Part shown: in pieces, positions 49,472 through 60,888 of the stretch | Layout of the letters: every line of letters begins with the position of its first letter | Numbering within the stretch: position 1 is the first letter of the stretch | Origin: an uncultured Gammaproteobacteria bacterium | GTDB lineage: Bacteria > Patescibacteriota > Microgenomatia > CAZETR01 > Amesbacteraceae | Direction: 5' to 3' | NCBI GenBank assembly: GCA_964518565.1 | Contig: CAZFGX010000001.1 | Span: forward strand, 203,046-267,045 | Length of the DNA: 64,000 nucleotides | The notes under the pieces: generated by a model | Told to the model about the DNA's origin: nothing | Database searches by the model: none | Seen by the model: the letters and a program-made list of their open reading frames with translations, nothing else | Made by a program: the position numbers and the translations under genes

Positions 49472-50658
49472 ACCAAAAAAAAATTATCTGGACTTGTATT
49501 GGGCTTCGAATAATATTTGCGACCATTTTTTTTCACCCGGATATAAAAAGTCAGCATTTCCATGCTAGCTTGTTTGTAAAAAATAATCTAATCAATATCT
49601 ATGATTACCTAGAATTATCGCGAAACACATTACCATACTCCGATACGTTTAATTATCCGCCGCTCACATATTATTTTCTTGCATCATGGCAAAAAATCAT
49701 CACTACCGCCAGTCTACAAAACTGGCTTTGGGATTGGAGTGAATATGCTATTCAAAATAAAGATATCTACACACATTTATTGCTATTAAAATTACCCTAC
49801 CTCATTTTTGACTTACTATTAATTACGGTTTTGTTGACCCAAACAAAAAAAACTGCCGAAAAGAATGCGTTGATATATCTATGGGGATTTAATCCCATCA
49901 GTCTCTATGCGATATATATGATCGGTCAATTTGATATTTTGCCAGCATTGTTAACATGTTTGTCATACATATTAATGAAAAAATCCAAATATTTTTTGTC
50001 AGGTCTGTGTCTAGGCTTAGCGGCGGCCACCAAAACATATCCATTACTGTTAATACCTCTCTTTTTAGTTACGTATCGGTCAACAAAAGCTTCTGCCCAA
50101 TTGATAATTGGTGCTGTGATTGGTTGGCTGGGACCAAATATATATTTTTTAAATTCAATCGGATATCAACATAGTGTTCTACAATCTTCGTTGGCCGTCC
50201 GTTTATTTGCGGTTGGTATAAACATTAAAAATATTCACATCCCGTTATATCCAATATATTATCTCGCGATCTTGGCAGCAGCAATTCGAAAAAAGATAGA
50301 CGATGTAGTATTTTACTGTTTTTTGATTACTTTCTCACTCGTGGTGTTTACTGAATTTCATGCACAGTGGTTAGTATGGAGTTTGCCCTTTTCCCTTTTG
50401 GTATGTATTAAATATCCAAAAATAAAACTCTTACTTGTTGCCCAATATCTAATAGCAATGATCGTTGTTTTTCTCATACGTGATCAGTTTGTACTTATCG
50501 GACTATTTACTCCATTGAATCCTTATTTAGCTACCATTCCTCCGTTGTCATCATTTATACCGTCGGCTGAAAAAATACAAATAATTTTGCGTTTAATATT
50601 AGCGACAATCTCTATTTCTACGTTTATAAAATATCATCTCACCCCAAAAAATGTATAA
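49444..50658 (+). CDS. GT-C (GT87/ALG6-like) membrane glycosyltransferase
   Basis: FHPD, NYPP, LKLPYLIFD and IGQFD motifs; paralogue of 44514-45710; start probably ATG 49444. Confidence 0.7.
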   Translation: MEKSKTQSINQKKIIWTCIGLRIIFATIFFHPDIKSQHFHASLFVKNNLINIYDYLELSRNTLPYSDTFNYPPLTYYFLASWQKIITTASLQNWLWDWSEYAIQNKDIYTHLLLLKLPYLIFDLLLITVLLTQTKKTAEKNALIYLWGFNPISLYAIYMIGQFDILPALLTCLSYILMKKSKYFLSGLCLGLAAATKTYPLLLIPLFLVTYRSTKASAQLIIGAVIGWLGPNIYFLNSIGYQHSVLQSSLAVRLFAVGINIKNIHIPLYPIYYLAILAAAIRKKIDDVVFYCFLITFSLVVFTEFHAQWLVWSLPFSLLVCIKYPKIKLLLVAQYLIAMIVVFLIRDQFVLIGLFTPLNPYLATIPPLSSFIPSAEKIQIILRLILATISISTFIKYHLTPKNV

Positions 50659-51298
50659 AGCTTTCTCTCTCATATTCATGTACTTGGCAATTATTTTAAT
50701 CTGTCTAGGAATTTTTTCATTATTTTTTGTTCGAAGAATCCAAGAATTCAACCAAGCAGTGGTTGACCGATTTGTTCCAATCACAAAAACTCATCCGGTT
50801 ACCCAAACTATTACTCCTCAGCATAATGGGTTAAATGTAATAGTAATTTTTTTAAAAAATGGTGGTATTAGAAATACAGAAGAATTTATATTTACAGTAT
50901 TAAATACAAAAAATGAGCCTATACGAAAAATTCTTTTATCAGGATCAAATATTGGCGATGGAGAAACAGTTCGATTTCAGTTTGATCCAATAGCAAACTC
51001 AGCTAATCAAATATTCAAGGTCAAGCTTGAAGCCCCAAAAACTGACTTTAGCCATCCATATATAGAAGCAGGATTTTCAAATACAGATACCTACAAACTT
51101 GGCCAATCTGAAGATATAAACACTCCAGGAGATCTATCGTTTCAAATTTATTATCATCCAAATAGTAAGTTGTCTATGGTATATGAAATTAGTCAGTTGA
51201 TAAGTCAAAAAATCTCTTTAAGACTCCTAGTCTCCAATCTAATAGTGATAGTTTCATGTGCAGTGACAATGAAATTGGTAAAATGGGATGATATATGA
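50651..51298 (+). CDS. Hypothetical protein with N- and C-terminal TM helices and a beta-rich domain
   Basis: Translationally coupled ORF with hydrophobic ends. Confidence 0.7.
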   Translation: MYKAFSLIFMYLAIILICLGIFSLFFVRRIQEFNQAVVDRFVPITKTHPVTQTITPQHNGLNVIVIFLKNGGIRNTEEFIFTVLNTKNEPIRKILLSGSNIGDGETVRFQFDPIANSANQIFKVKLEAPKTDFSHPYIEAGFSNTDTYKLGQSEDINTPGDLSFQIYYHPNSKLSMVYEISQLISQKISLRLLVSNLIVIVSCAVTMKLVKWDDI

Positions 51299-52902
51299 AA
51301 TACCTACTGTTGGCAGTCGTTTTGGGAAGCATGCTAAGGCTAGTGTATATAACCCAACTCCCGAGTGGATTTACCCCAGATGAGGCTGCTTTTGGCTATA
51401 ATGCATATAGTCTTGGACAAACCGGTCGTGATGAATGGAGCACACCCTTTTGGCAGCTACCCCTAACCAATCTCAGATCATTTGGAGACTACAAGCTACC
51501 GTTGTATGCTTTTTTGGCAGTCCCCACCATAAAAATATTTGGTTTAAACGAATTTGCTACTCGTCTACCTAACTCAATAATCGGTATATTCTCTATTATT
51601 ACAACGGCTATATGTGCAAGCAAGCTATTCCCAACCAATAAGCGTATCATGCCTATTGCCTCATTTGCAGTCGCCCTATCACCGTGGTCTGTTCAACTAT
51701 CTCGTGGAGCATTTGAAGCAAATCTAGTTACCTGTTTTTTCCCTTTAGCCATTAGCCTATGGCTATCAAAAAAATCACTCCTTGCCGTATTGATGTTTGG
51801 AATAAATTTTTATTCGTATCACAGTGCAAGACTACTAACACCAATTTATTTTGCGTCTATATTTTTATATAAAAAGCCAGCCAACTGGATCAGAAGTATA
51901 ATTTTATTGGTGTGTTTAGTATTTCCAGGAATAATTGCACAATTTTTTTCAGCAAACACGCGTATTGCAGATGTTTCTATCATCTCACCTACAGACAAGT
52001 GGCAAGCCGTTAGTGATCGTCGATATGATAGTGTTGCTTTTGGAGAGCCAGACAAGCTTGCCAGATTTTTTTCAAACAAATTTACATACGTTGTATCTTT
52101 AGTAAAACACAACGTTATTCAGTACATTTCACCAGAATTTTTATTTACCAATGGTCCTGCGGAATCGACATATGGAATGATTCGTGGCAGGGGGGTCTTG
52201 TATGGCATAGAAGGAATTGGCCTAATCTCCTTCTTTGTTATGTTGTGTATAAAGCCAAATAAAACTCAGAGTTTTATTCTTGGCATGTTACTTATTTGTG
52301 CAGTACCCGCGGCATTAGCAAAAGGTCCAGGATATGCCGCCAATAGATCCGTCTCTATGCTTCCATTTTTTCTTATAGCCAGTTCATACGGTTTTTCAAT
52401 ACTAATAAAAAACATTCAAAAGTATAAAAAAATAGTAATTCTTACAGTTTTTATTACCTATACAATTGAATCACTTTTTTTCGTCGAAGATTATGTAATT
52501 CACAGCCCTCGTCAAACAGCAAGTAGTATGAATTACGGCTGGAAAGAAGCATTTGCTCGAACTGTACCAGCGATTGCTCGGTTATCTCATATATATATAG
52601 ATACTGCTCTCTCCGAACCTCATATATTTGCGGCCTTCTATTTAAAGATCCCGCCCCAAACATACCATCGTTATTCAAAATCTTGGACAGATTTCAATCA
52701 AAAGGGGATAAGGTTTTTAGATCAACTCGATGGATATCAATTAGAAAATATGACATTCGGACATGCCGACAAAGCAATCAACGATTCTAAATATCAACTA
52801 ATTATGGCAAAGACATCGGAAATATCTAATCAAGCAAATGAGCTATTCCGTATTAATTATCCGAATGGTCATCCGGCAATATCTGTAATTTCAAATGAAT
52901 AA
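51295..52902 (+). CDS. PMT/ArnT-like GT-C glycosyltransferase
   Basis: DEAAFGYNAYS...TGRDE...SFGDYKLP motif. Confidence 0.82.
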   Translation: MKYLLLAVVLGSMLRLVYITQLPSGFTPDEAAFGYNAYSLGQTGRDEWSTPFWQLPLTNLRSFGDYKLPLYAFLAVPTIKIFGLNEFATRLPNSIIGIFSIITTAICASKLFPTNKRIMPIASFAVALSPWSVQLSRGAFEANLVTCFFPLAISLWLSKKSLLAVLMFGINFYSYHSARLLTPIYFASIFLYKKPANWIRSIILLVCLVFPGIIAQFFSANTRIADVSIISPTDKWQAVSDRRYDSVAFGEPDKLARFFSNKFTYVVSLVKHNVIQYISPEFLFTNGPAESTYGMIRGRGVLYGIEGIGLISFFVMLCIKPNKTQSFILGMLLICAVPAALAKGPGYAANRSVSMLPFFLIASSYGFSILIKNIQKYKKIVILTVFITYTIESLFFVEDYVIHSPRQTASSMNYGWKEAFARTVPAIARLSHIYIDTALSEPHIFAAFYLKIPPQTYHRYSKSWTDFNQKGIRFLDQLDGYQLENMTFGHADKAINDSKYQLIMAKTSEISNQANELFRINYPNGHPAISVISNE

Positions 52903-54547
52903 AGCCCGACATCTAATTATCCTCCTACTAATTATCCTTCCGACAATTTCATCGCTGATGCGACCAGGTTTCTTTCCAATACAAGATAAAATGCAGCATT
53001 TTCGCATATACCAGATGTCTAAATGTTTTTCGGATTTGCAAATTCCATGCCACTGGGTACCAGATTTAGGTTACGGATATGGCTATCCATTATTTCTGTT
53101 TTATGCACCTGGACCGTTTTACATAGGTGCCTTAATGCATAGTGTAGGAGTTCAATATATTGATGTGGTGAAATTATTATTTGTAATAGGAGTTTTTAGT
53201 TCCAGTGTATGTATGTATCTTGCAGTAAAAAAAATCTTTAGTTCATCTTCGGCCGGTGTTATTGCTGCAACGTTGTACGCATACACTCCGATAAAAGCGT
53301 CTGAAATATATGTTCGTGGTTCGTTGAGTGAGTTTCTATCCTTTATTTTTTTTCCATTACTCTTTTGGTCATTAGTAAAAGATGAAAAAGCTACCCCTTC
53401 AATAAATTTCGCCTTTACATTATCTGTTGCAGCCCTCTTACTAACTCACAATCTCATGGCTTTTATATTTATTCCCATTGCATGTGTGTGGGCAATAGTA
53501 ATTTCTCGTTCAAAGCCTGGAGGTTATTTAACCAACCAAGCCATTTCACTTCTTTTAGGATTTGGCGTATCTAGTTTTTTTCTTTTGCCACTGCTTTTTG
53601 AAAAACAATTTATACACACAGAAAGTCTCACGAGTGGCTATTTCGGCTATCTTCAACATTTTGTATCGTTATATCAGCTCTTTATATCAAATCACTTTGG
53701 ATATGGATCATCTCAGCTTGGAATGGGAGATGATATCACTATTTCGTTAGGACATGTTAATTGGGTCTTAGGTTTGGTGGGAGTTATGCTAGCGTTGAAA
53801 AATTTTCGTGACCGATTGTCAAAAGCGGTGTTGGCAATAGCTGCTATCGTGTTAATGATAATTTTTCTGATGCATCAACGGTCTACCCCAATTTGGGAAA
53901 TTATTACTCCACTTCAGTTTTTACAATTCCCCTGGCGCTTGCTAGTAATTACTTCATTTTTATTATCACTAATTGCAGGCTACGTAGTTTCGAAAATCTA
54001 TAACAAAACAATAATGGCAGCAACGATATTGGTTATTTTTTTATTGTATGGCAATTTCTTTCAGCCCAAGAGCTGGGAGAACACTTCGGATAAAATAGAG
54101 TTTTCAGGTCAAAAATTTTTAGATCAAATGACAATAAGTATTTTTGATTACCTCCCGATATCAGCAAAATTTCCACCAAACAAAATTGCTCCGCCCGAAC
54201 CTGAAATTATTTTGGGAGATGCGTCTATTAGTTCTTACGAAAAAAAATCAGATTCTCAATCAGGTAAAATAGAAGTATTGTCTTCACAAGCCACAATTCG
54301 TGCTCCACTTTTTCAATTCCCTGGTATGCAAGCTCGTATTGATAATCAACCTGTACAAATACAAAGTAATTGCACAAACCAGCCATACTGTTTTGGTTTA
54401 ATAACCATTGACGTGCCTTATGGAGAGCATCAGATTGACTTCGTTTTAAAAAACACACCCATTAGATCGCTGGGCAACTTGATCAGTCTGAGTTCGTTAA
54501 TTTTTATCATTGGTGCCACATGTCGAAAAAAATATTTTTCACACTAA
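52895..54547 (+). CDS. GT-C-like membrane protein (PTPS-related family)
   Basis: WVPDLGYGYGYPLF, RGSLSE and LQFPWRLL motifs. Confidence 0.75.
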   Translation: MNKARHLIILLLIILPTISSLMRPGFFPIQDKMQHFRIYQMSKCFSDLQIPCHWVPDLGYGYGYPLFLFYAPGPFYIGALMHSVGVQYIDVVKLLFVIGVFSSSVCMYLAVKKIFSSSSAGVIAATLYAYTPIKASEIYVRGSLSEFLSFIFFPLLFWSLVKDEKATPSINFAFTLSVAALLLTHNLMAFIFIPIACVWAIVISRSKPGGYLTNQAISLLLGFGVSSFFLLPLLFEKQFIHTESLTSGYFGYLQHFVSLYQLFISNHFGYGSSQLGMGDDITISLGHVNWVLGLVGVMLALKNFRDRLSKAVLAIAAIVLMIIFLMHQRSTPIWEIITPLQFLQFPWRLLVITSFLLSLIAGYVVSKIYNKTIMAATILVIFLLYGNFFQPKSWENTSDKIEFSGQKFLDQMTISIFDYLPISAKFPPNKIAPPEPEIILGDASISSYEKKSDSQSGKIEVLSSQATIRAPLFQFPGMQARIDNQPVQIQSNCTNQPYCFGLITIDVPYGEHQIDFVLKNTPIRSLGNLISLSSLIFIIGATCRKKYFSH

Positions 54548-56139
54548 TAATTTGCATTCTACCGTCTTGTATCGCTCTAATGCATTCAGGATATTATGGG
54601 GCTTCTGATGATTTGCATATTGGCTGGCTTCAACAAATGCATAAGACAGTTACTGCTGGATTTATACCACCCAGATATGTTCCTGACTTAAGCTATGGGT
54701 TTGGCTACCCCTTATTCAATTTTGTCTTTCCATTACCGTTTTATCTTGGAGAGATAGTACATGCATTTGGATTCACTCTTGTAGATAGTATTAAAGTTGT
54801 TTTCGCTCTTAGTATAATTCTTTCCGGCCTTTTCATGTATTGGTCCATGCGCAAGGTTTTTTCTAATGCTGCAAGTTTTATAGCTACTATTTTATATATT
54901 TATACGCCATACAGAGCAACAGAAATTTATATTAGAGGAGCTATTGGAGAAGCTTTTGCATTTGTTTTTTTCCCACTTATTGTTGGTGGGCTAATAGCTC
55001 TAGTCAAAAATAATACAAATAAAAATTTAGCAATAGTTGCAATAGGGGTAGGGTTATTAGTTTTAAGCCACAACATTAGTGCATACATGTTCATTCCTTT
55101 TGCAGTGCTATTAGGTATTATCCTGCAACCAAAAAAGCCTCAAACATGGATTTATCCATTACTTCTCGGTTCGACAATTAGTATGTATTTTTGGTTACCC
55201 GCACTCAGAGATAGTCGTTTGCTAGTCTACGACACCGTCTTTAATTATTGGGATCACTTTCCCACACTGAAACAATTATTGATTCCAAACTGGGGGTGGG
55301 GAGCATCAGTGCCTGGTCCATATGATGGTATGTCGTTTTTTATCGGTACGGTAAATTTGTGTGTTTTAATTATTTCAATACCGCTATTTTTCTTCCTAAA
55401 TAAAAAATTCAGCCAGATTCAATCAAAGATATTTATATGGGCAATATTAGCCTTTGTTGTAGCCTTTGTCTGTATGAATTTTCGTTCAGCAGTTTTTTGG
55501 GAGGTAGTGCCATTAATTAAATACTTTCAATTCCCTTGGCGATTTTTACTTGTAACCTCTTTTTGTTCATCGATAATTGCCGCATTGGTCGTCGAACATC
55601 TAAAACTTCCCAAATATATGGTCTTAATTCTTCCTTTGTTGCTAATTGGTACTGAAAGCTGGAAATTTAATCCACATGATTTTCTTGCAAGGCAGGACAA
55701 TTATTATCTTAATAGATATATTCCATACCCTTTTGCAAGTTATGAATATACTCAAACCAGTGAGGAATATTTACGTCTTCCAAAAAACACTCAAATACGA
55801 CCAAATAAAATATTTCCAAGATTTTATTCTGACAATATCCAAATAAATCAGTTAGATATAGAAAATGATTTCTCTGCTTCGGTAAACATTACTTCACCTG
55901 AAAACGGATCAATAAATTACAACAAATATGCATTTCCTGGGTGGAAAGCTAAATTAGATGGAGAGATGGTAAGAATCAATCCTGGGGAACCATTTGGCCA
56001 AATAAATATTTCCATACCTGCTGGTACACACAATCTTCACGTCTTTTACGAAGAGCCTAAACAAAACTGGCCATTAGACATCATGTCTGCTATGGCATTA
56101 ATATATACTATTTTTAGATTGATATATGCAAAAAAATAA
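54520..56139 (+). CDS. GT-C-like membrane protein (PTPS-related family)
   Basis: YVPDLSYGFGYPLF, RGAIGE, FQFPWRFL and FPGW motifs. Confidence 0.75.
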   Translation: MSKKIFFTLIICILPSCIALMHSGYYGASDDLHIGWLQQMHKTVTAGFIPPRYVPDLSYGFGYPLFNFVFPLPFYLGEIVHAFGFTLVDSIKVVFALSIILSGLFMYWSMRKVFSNAASFIATILYIYTPYRATEIYIRGAIGEAFAFVFFPLIVGGLIALVKNNTNKNLAIVAIGVGLLVLSHNISAYMFIPFAVLLGIILQPKKPQTWIYPLLLGSTISMYFWLPALRDSRLLVYDTVFNYWDHFPTLKQLLIPNWGWGASVPGPYDGMSFFIGTVNLCVLIISIPLFFFLNKKFSQIQSKIFIWAILAFVVAFVCMNFRSAVFWEVVPLIKYFQFPWRFLLVTSFCSSIIAALVVEHLKLPKYMVLILPLLLIGTESWKFNPHDFLARQDNYYLNRYIPYPFASYEYTQTSEEYLRLPKNTQIRPNKIFPRFYSDNIQINQLDIENDFSASVNITSPENGSINYNKYAFPGWKAKLDGEMVRINPGEPFGQINISIPAGTHNLHVFYEEPKQNWPLDIMSAMALIYTIFRLIYAKK

Positions 56140-57682
56140 GCTGGTTATATTAATAAGTTTTTTAATCATATGTGTGAGTCGAATTATATATATATCCCAG
56201 TTTCCGCCTAGCTTAAATTGGGATGAAGTCAGTTTAGGATACAACTCATATTCAGTACTAAAAACCGGTAAAGACGAGTGGGGCGTAGTACTACCAACAA
56301 TATTTCGAGCATTTGGCGATTATAAATTACCAGTTTATATTTATAGCCTAACTCCAGCAATCGCAATTTGGGGGTTAAATGAATTCACTGTTCGATTGCC
56401 ATCGATAATCTCAGGACTTTGTTCGTTGATTGTAATTTATATTTTGGCAAGGAAAATTTTTCCACAAAAAAAATACTTCGCATGGTTGGCATTAATTACA
56501 TATGCATTTTCGCCTTGGAGTTGGTTTTTATCTCGAATCGCTCTGGAAGCCAATGTAGCGTTAGCCTTTACATTACTAGGGATTGCGTGTCTACTTTTTC
56601 GTCGATTTTCTTCATCAGCTTTACTTCTTGGTTTGTCTGTCTGGACTTACAATGCAAATAGAATTTTTATTCCACTGCTCATTTTATTTTATTTCTATAA
56701 AAATTTTTCAGATATCCCACGCAAAAGTTTAACAATAATAGTATTGATTCTAGGTCTTATGTTTTTGCAAATTGCTACTGCTACTGGGCAAGCAAGATTT
56801 AGATGGACCACTATTTTGGACGAAGGAGCAATCGCTAAAATTAATGAGCAATCACTTGAATTTGGTGGAAGAATTCTCCATAACAAAGGAACCTATATTT
56901 TAGTCGAATTTACAAAAAATTATATAAGTCACTTCACGCCAAATTTCTTATTCATAAAAGGTGGAAACCAGTATCAATTTAGTGTGCAAAATATTGGAGT
57001 ACTAAATATTGCTGCCTTACCATTTTTCTATTTTGGATTGATTAGATTAATCAGGTACAAATCAAAATATAAATATCTTCTTTTGGTATGGGTTTTTTTA
57101 TCACCAATCCCCGCCAGTATTACTAGAGATGCGCCTCATGTACTGCGTTCGTTAGCATTATTACCTGTTTCAATTTTCATATCCATTATTGGATTAGATA
57201 TCATAATCAAAAAGTACAACAAGATAATATACTTTTACGTATTGATTTTAGTTATTTTTACAAGTGTTTATATAAATAAACTGCAAACATATAGGACAAA
57301 ATATTCATGGGCATGGCAATTTGGATACAAACAATTAGCTGAAAAGATATTTTTTGAATATCAAAATTTTGACCAAATTATTATTACAAAAAGATATGGT
57401 GAACCTCATGAATTTATTTTGTTTTATACTCAATATGATCCGGAAAAATTTCAATCAGATGAGAATCTAAATAGGTATTCGAAATCAGACTGGTTTTGGG
57501 TTGATGGGTTCGATAAGTTCAGATTTGTAAATGATTGGGAAATATCAGCCTTAGTTGCAAATTTACCACACGACAAAAAATATTTAATTGTTTCCAGCCC
57601 AGAATCACCAACAATTGGTTCTGGTATGTCCAATATTGAATTTCTAGATGGAAGCACAGCCTTTAATTTAAAACAATTATGA
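56126..57682 (+). CDS. PMT/ArnT-like GT-C glycosyltransferase
   Basis: DEVSLGYNSYS...TGKDE...FGDYKLP motif. Confidence 0.82.
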   Translation: MQKNKLVILISFLIICVSRIIYISQFPPSLNWDEVSLGYNSYSVLKTGKDEWGVVLPTIFRAFGDYKLPVYIYSLTPAIAIWGLNEFTVRLPSIISGLCSLIVIYILARKIFPQKKYFAWLALITYAFSPWSWFLSRIALEANVALAFTLLGIACLLFRRFSSSALLLGLSVWTYNANRIFIPLLILFYFYKNFSDIPRKSLTIIVLILGLMFLQIATATGQARFRWTTILDEGAIAKINEQSLEFGGRILHNKGTYILVEFTKNYISHFTPNFLFIKGGNQYQFSVQNIGVLNIAALPFFYFGLIRLIRYKSKYKYLLLVWVFLSPIPASITRDAPHVLRSLALLPVSIFISIIGLDIIIKKYNKIIYFYVLILVIFTSVYINKLQTYRTKYSWAWQFGYKQLAEKIFFEYQNFDQIIITKRYGEPHEFILFYTQYDPEKFQSDENLNRYSKSDWFWVDGFDKFRFVNDWEISALVANLPHDKKYLIVSSPESPTIGSGMSNIEFLDGSTAFNLKQL

Positions 57683-59277
57683 AAAAAAATCTGATTATAT
57701 TATTTGGTATTACTATTGTTGGATTTTTACTCCGATCCATATGTATCTCAACATTGCCACAAACGTTTACCTGGGATGAAGCTGCTTTGGGATACAACGC
57801 ATATTCAGTTCTAAAAACAGGTAGAGATGAACATGGTGTATTGTTTCCAATAGTCTTTAAGTCGTTTGGCGATTTTAAACCTGGTTTATATATCTATTTT
57901 TCAGTTTTGCCTATCCATTTGTTTGGATTAAATGAGTTCTCTACTCGGATTATTTCATCAATATTTGGTTCACTCTCAATTTTGGGAATTTTTAGTTTGA
58001 CATACATCATTACCAAAAACATGCGTTCTGCTTTGTATTCATCAATTACGCTAACTATCATGCCCTGGGCTATTCAATTTTCTCGTGCAGCTTGGGAATC
58101 TAACATTTGTGTTAGTCTAACACTTTTCGCCTCAACACTTTTCATAAGAAAAAAATATTTTGCTTCAAGCATATTATTTGGTTTAACATTCTGGACATAT
58201 CAAAGTGCAAAATTATTCACTCCAATTATTCTTTTTACACTAATTATTCTAAACAAAAAAAATATCACTACAAAAAACATAATAAAAATATGCACACCCG
58301 CTCTTTTATTATTAATTCCTATACTTCTTGGTTTATCTGTACAGTCTGGTAGATTGAAAGTATTTAGCGTTTTTTCCTACTCAAGACAACTGGATTTTGT
58401 GAACACTTTAGCCCAGCAAGATGGTACAAACATACAAAATATTTTTTTTAATATATTTCATGCTGAAATAATTGACCAGCTTAGGGGTGTAGAACAAAGA
58501 TATTTAAACTATTTTTCGCCCAAGTTTTTATTTTTTTCAGGAGATTGGTCAAATTCTCGGCATGCTACATTATATTATGGATATCTTCATATCGTGGATT
58601 TAATACCGTTACTTTTAGGTATTTATATACTGACAAGGTCAACATACAAGTATAAAAAATTTATTGCCGTATGGTTGTTTGCAACACCACTATTGGGTAG
58701 TCTCTCTAGAGATCTAATCTCTGGCGTTAGATCTTTATCCCTCATTGTTCCATTGGCTTTCATTATTGGAATAGGTCTCGAAAAATTATTACAAAAAAAA
58801 TTTTTTACAACTGTATACATTCTTTCTGTGATCTATCTATCTGTCTATTTTATTGACTTATATAGTATTCATACTACATATAAGGCGAATGATGAATCGC
58901 TTGTATCTTATAAGCCCGCAGTTGAGTCAATGTTGAAATATCAAGAAAAATATCGTCACGTCATCTTTTCTGACAAACTTGGACAGCCATATATATATAT
59001 TCTTTTTTATTCAAAAACAGATCCTAGAGTTTACCAAAAAGACCACATATTTGAAGATGGGGCAAATGGTGATGTGGGTAGGGTGGTTTCTATGTCGAAA
59101 TATTCATTTCGAAAAATTTACTGGCCTCAAGACCGAGGTGAAAGTGATACCCTATTCATAGGTGATGAGTTTGAGCTACCAGAGACGGATCTACAAACTG
59201 TAAACGGTATCCAAAGGTTAGACGAGATTTATTATCCAGATAGAAGATTGTCGTTTCATATTGTGGGGTTGCCATAA
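57679..59277 (+). CDS. PMT/ArnT-like GT-C glycosyltransferase
   Basis: DEAALGYNAYS...TGRDE...FGDFKP motif. Confidence 0.82.
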   Translation: MKKNLIILFGITIVGFLLRSICISTLPQTFTWDEAALGYNAYSVLKTGRDEHGVLFPIVFKSFGDFKPGLYIYFSVLPIHLFGLNEFSTRIISSIFGSLSILGIFSLTYIITKNMRSALYSSITLTIMPWAIQFSRAAWESNICVSLTLFASTLFIRKKYFASSILFGLTFWTYQSAKLFTPIILFTLIILNKKNITTKNIIKICTPALLLLIPILLGLSVQSGRLKVFSVFSYSRQLDFVNTLAQQDGTNIQNIFFNIFHAEIIDQLRGVEQRYLNYFSPKFLFFSGDWSNSRHATLYYGYLHIVDLIPLLLGIYILTRSTYKYKKFIAVWLFATPLLGSLSRDLISGVRSLSLIVPLAFIIGIGLEKLLQKKFFTTVYILSVIYLSVYFIDLYSIHTTYKANDESLVSYKPAVESMLKYQEKYRHVIFSDKLGQPYIYILFYSKTDPRVYQKDHIFEDGANGDVGRVVSMSKYSFRKIYWPQDRGESDTLFIGDEFELPETDLQTVNGIQRLDEIYYPDRRLSFHIVGLP

Positions 59278-60887
59278 TGTCAAAAAAAATTCTACTTATA
59301 TTCATACTCCTTGTCGCGACGATTTTGCGTCTAGTACAAATTACAAACTTTCCAGCCGGACTAAATGCTGATGAGGCAGCGCTGGGCTACAATGCATATT
59401 CTTTAATGAAAACAGGTAGAGACGAACACGGACATCCGTGGCCTGTCAATTTAGAGTCGTTTGGGGATTTTAAACCTGCAGGATACACATATATTCTTAT
59501 CCCATTTATTAAATTGTTTGGGTTAAATGAGTTTTCAGTACGACTTCCATCAGCAATTTTTGGCATTTTAGCAGTGTATTTGGTTTACAAATTAGCTAAG
59601 TCTACGGTAGGATCTGAGCATTTTATTGCCGCTGTTTTAGCATTTTCACCTTGGCATATTCAGTTTTCGCGCGGTGGTTGGGAAGTAAATGTCGCCAGCA
59701 CATTAATTTTACTAGCAGTTTATCAATTTACATTATGGCTTGAGTCAAAATCCTATCGATATCTATGTGTTTCATTTTTTTCACTAATATTTTCGATGTA
59801 TGTATACCAATCAGCAAGAATTCTCGCTCCGTTATTCGGTCTAGCACTAATTATACTAAATATGTATGTTGTAAAAAAACAGTTGAAACAATTTTTTCTA
59901 GTATGCATTCTATCTCTAGTACTGATCGCGCCGCTTGCCTATTCAATAGTTTCATCAAATGCCGCCTCTAGATTTTCTGGTGTTGGTTTTACAGCAGATA
60001 TGGGGCCTTTAAACAGAATAAATGAGTTACGAGGCCAACATCTCAACCAAAACGGTTTTATTTCTAAAATGCTTCATAACAAACCAATTGCGTATGGTTT
60101 CCAATTCATCTCAAATTATTTAGACCATTTTAATGGAAACTTCCTTTTCGTAAACGGCGATGTCATACATAGAAATAAAACTCCCGAAACAGGTCTATTA
60201 TATTTCACTGATATTGTTTTCGTTATCATAGGGACAATATTTTTAATCAAAAGTAAAAATAAAAGCAAAAATATTGTATGGGTCTGGTTATTTTTTAGTC
60301 CAATACCAGCTGCCTTAACCTTCCAGACCCCCCATGCATTGCGTGCGCAAAACATGGTGATACCACTAAGTTTTCTTGTAGGGTTAGGAATATACGCTAC
60401 AATAAAGTCATTCGGTAAATATAAATATTTTGTCACTGCTTGCATCTGTTGTGTCTATGCATGGCAAGTTGCCAGATTTATTCATGAATATACAGTGCAC
60501 TATCCAAAAACCTACCCTGATGCTTGGGAATACGGATTCAAACAAATAACCAGTGAGATAAAAGCACATGGTGATCAATATCAAAAAATTATTGTCACTG
60601 ATATTTATGATCAACCGTATATTTTAATATTATTTTATCTCAAATACGATCCAGAACTATTCCAAAAAAATCATCAACTTACTCCAAGAGACAAATTCAA
60701 TTTTTCCACTGTAACATCCTTCGATAAATTTTCATTCGAAAAAATTGACTGGGAGAAGATCAAAAACTCTAAAAACACATTATTGATAGGAAGAAAAGAT
60801 GAAATTCCAGATATAAAGTTGGATAATGTAATAACAATACCCGATCCAGACGGAAATCCGGGTTTTAAAATCGTACAACTTCCTTAA
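59277..60887 (+). CDS. PMT/ArnT-like GT-C glycosyltransferase
   Basis: DEAALGYNAYS...TGRDE...FGDFKP motif. Confidence 0.82.
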   Translation: MSKKILLIFILLVATILRLVQITNFPAGLNADEAALGYNAYSLMKTGRDEHGHPWPVNLESFGDFKPAGYTYILIPFIKLFGLNEFSVRLPSAIFGILAVYLVYKLAKSTVGSEHFIAAVLAFSPWHIQFSRGGWEVNVASTLILLAVYQFTLWLESKSYRYLCVSFFSLIFSMYVYQSARILAPLFGLALIILNMYVVKKQLKQFFLVCILSLVLIAPLAYSIVSSNAASRFSGVGFTADMGPLNRINELRGQHLNQNGFISKMLHNKPIAYGFQFISNYLDHFNGNFLFVNGDVIHRNKTPETGLLYFTDIVFVIIGTIFLIKSKNKSKNIVWVWLFFSPIPAALTFQTPHALRAQNMVIPLSFLVGLGIYATIKSFGKYKYFVTACICCVYAWQVARFIHEYTVHYPKTYPDAWEYGFKQITSEIKAHGDQYQKIIVTDIYDQPYILILFYLKYDPELFQKNHQLTPRDKFNFSTVTSFDKFSFEKIDWEKIKNSKNTLLIGRKDEIPDIKLDNVITIPDPDGNPGFKIVQLP

Positions 60888-60888
60888 T

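Noticed and set aside
35640-56139. Pterin biosynthesis from the 'PTPS-related' family name
   Set aside because: These are multi-TM GT-C-like proteins without T-fold PTPS motifs.
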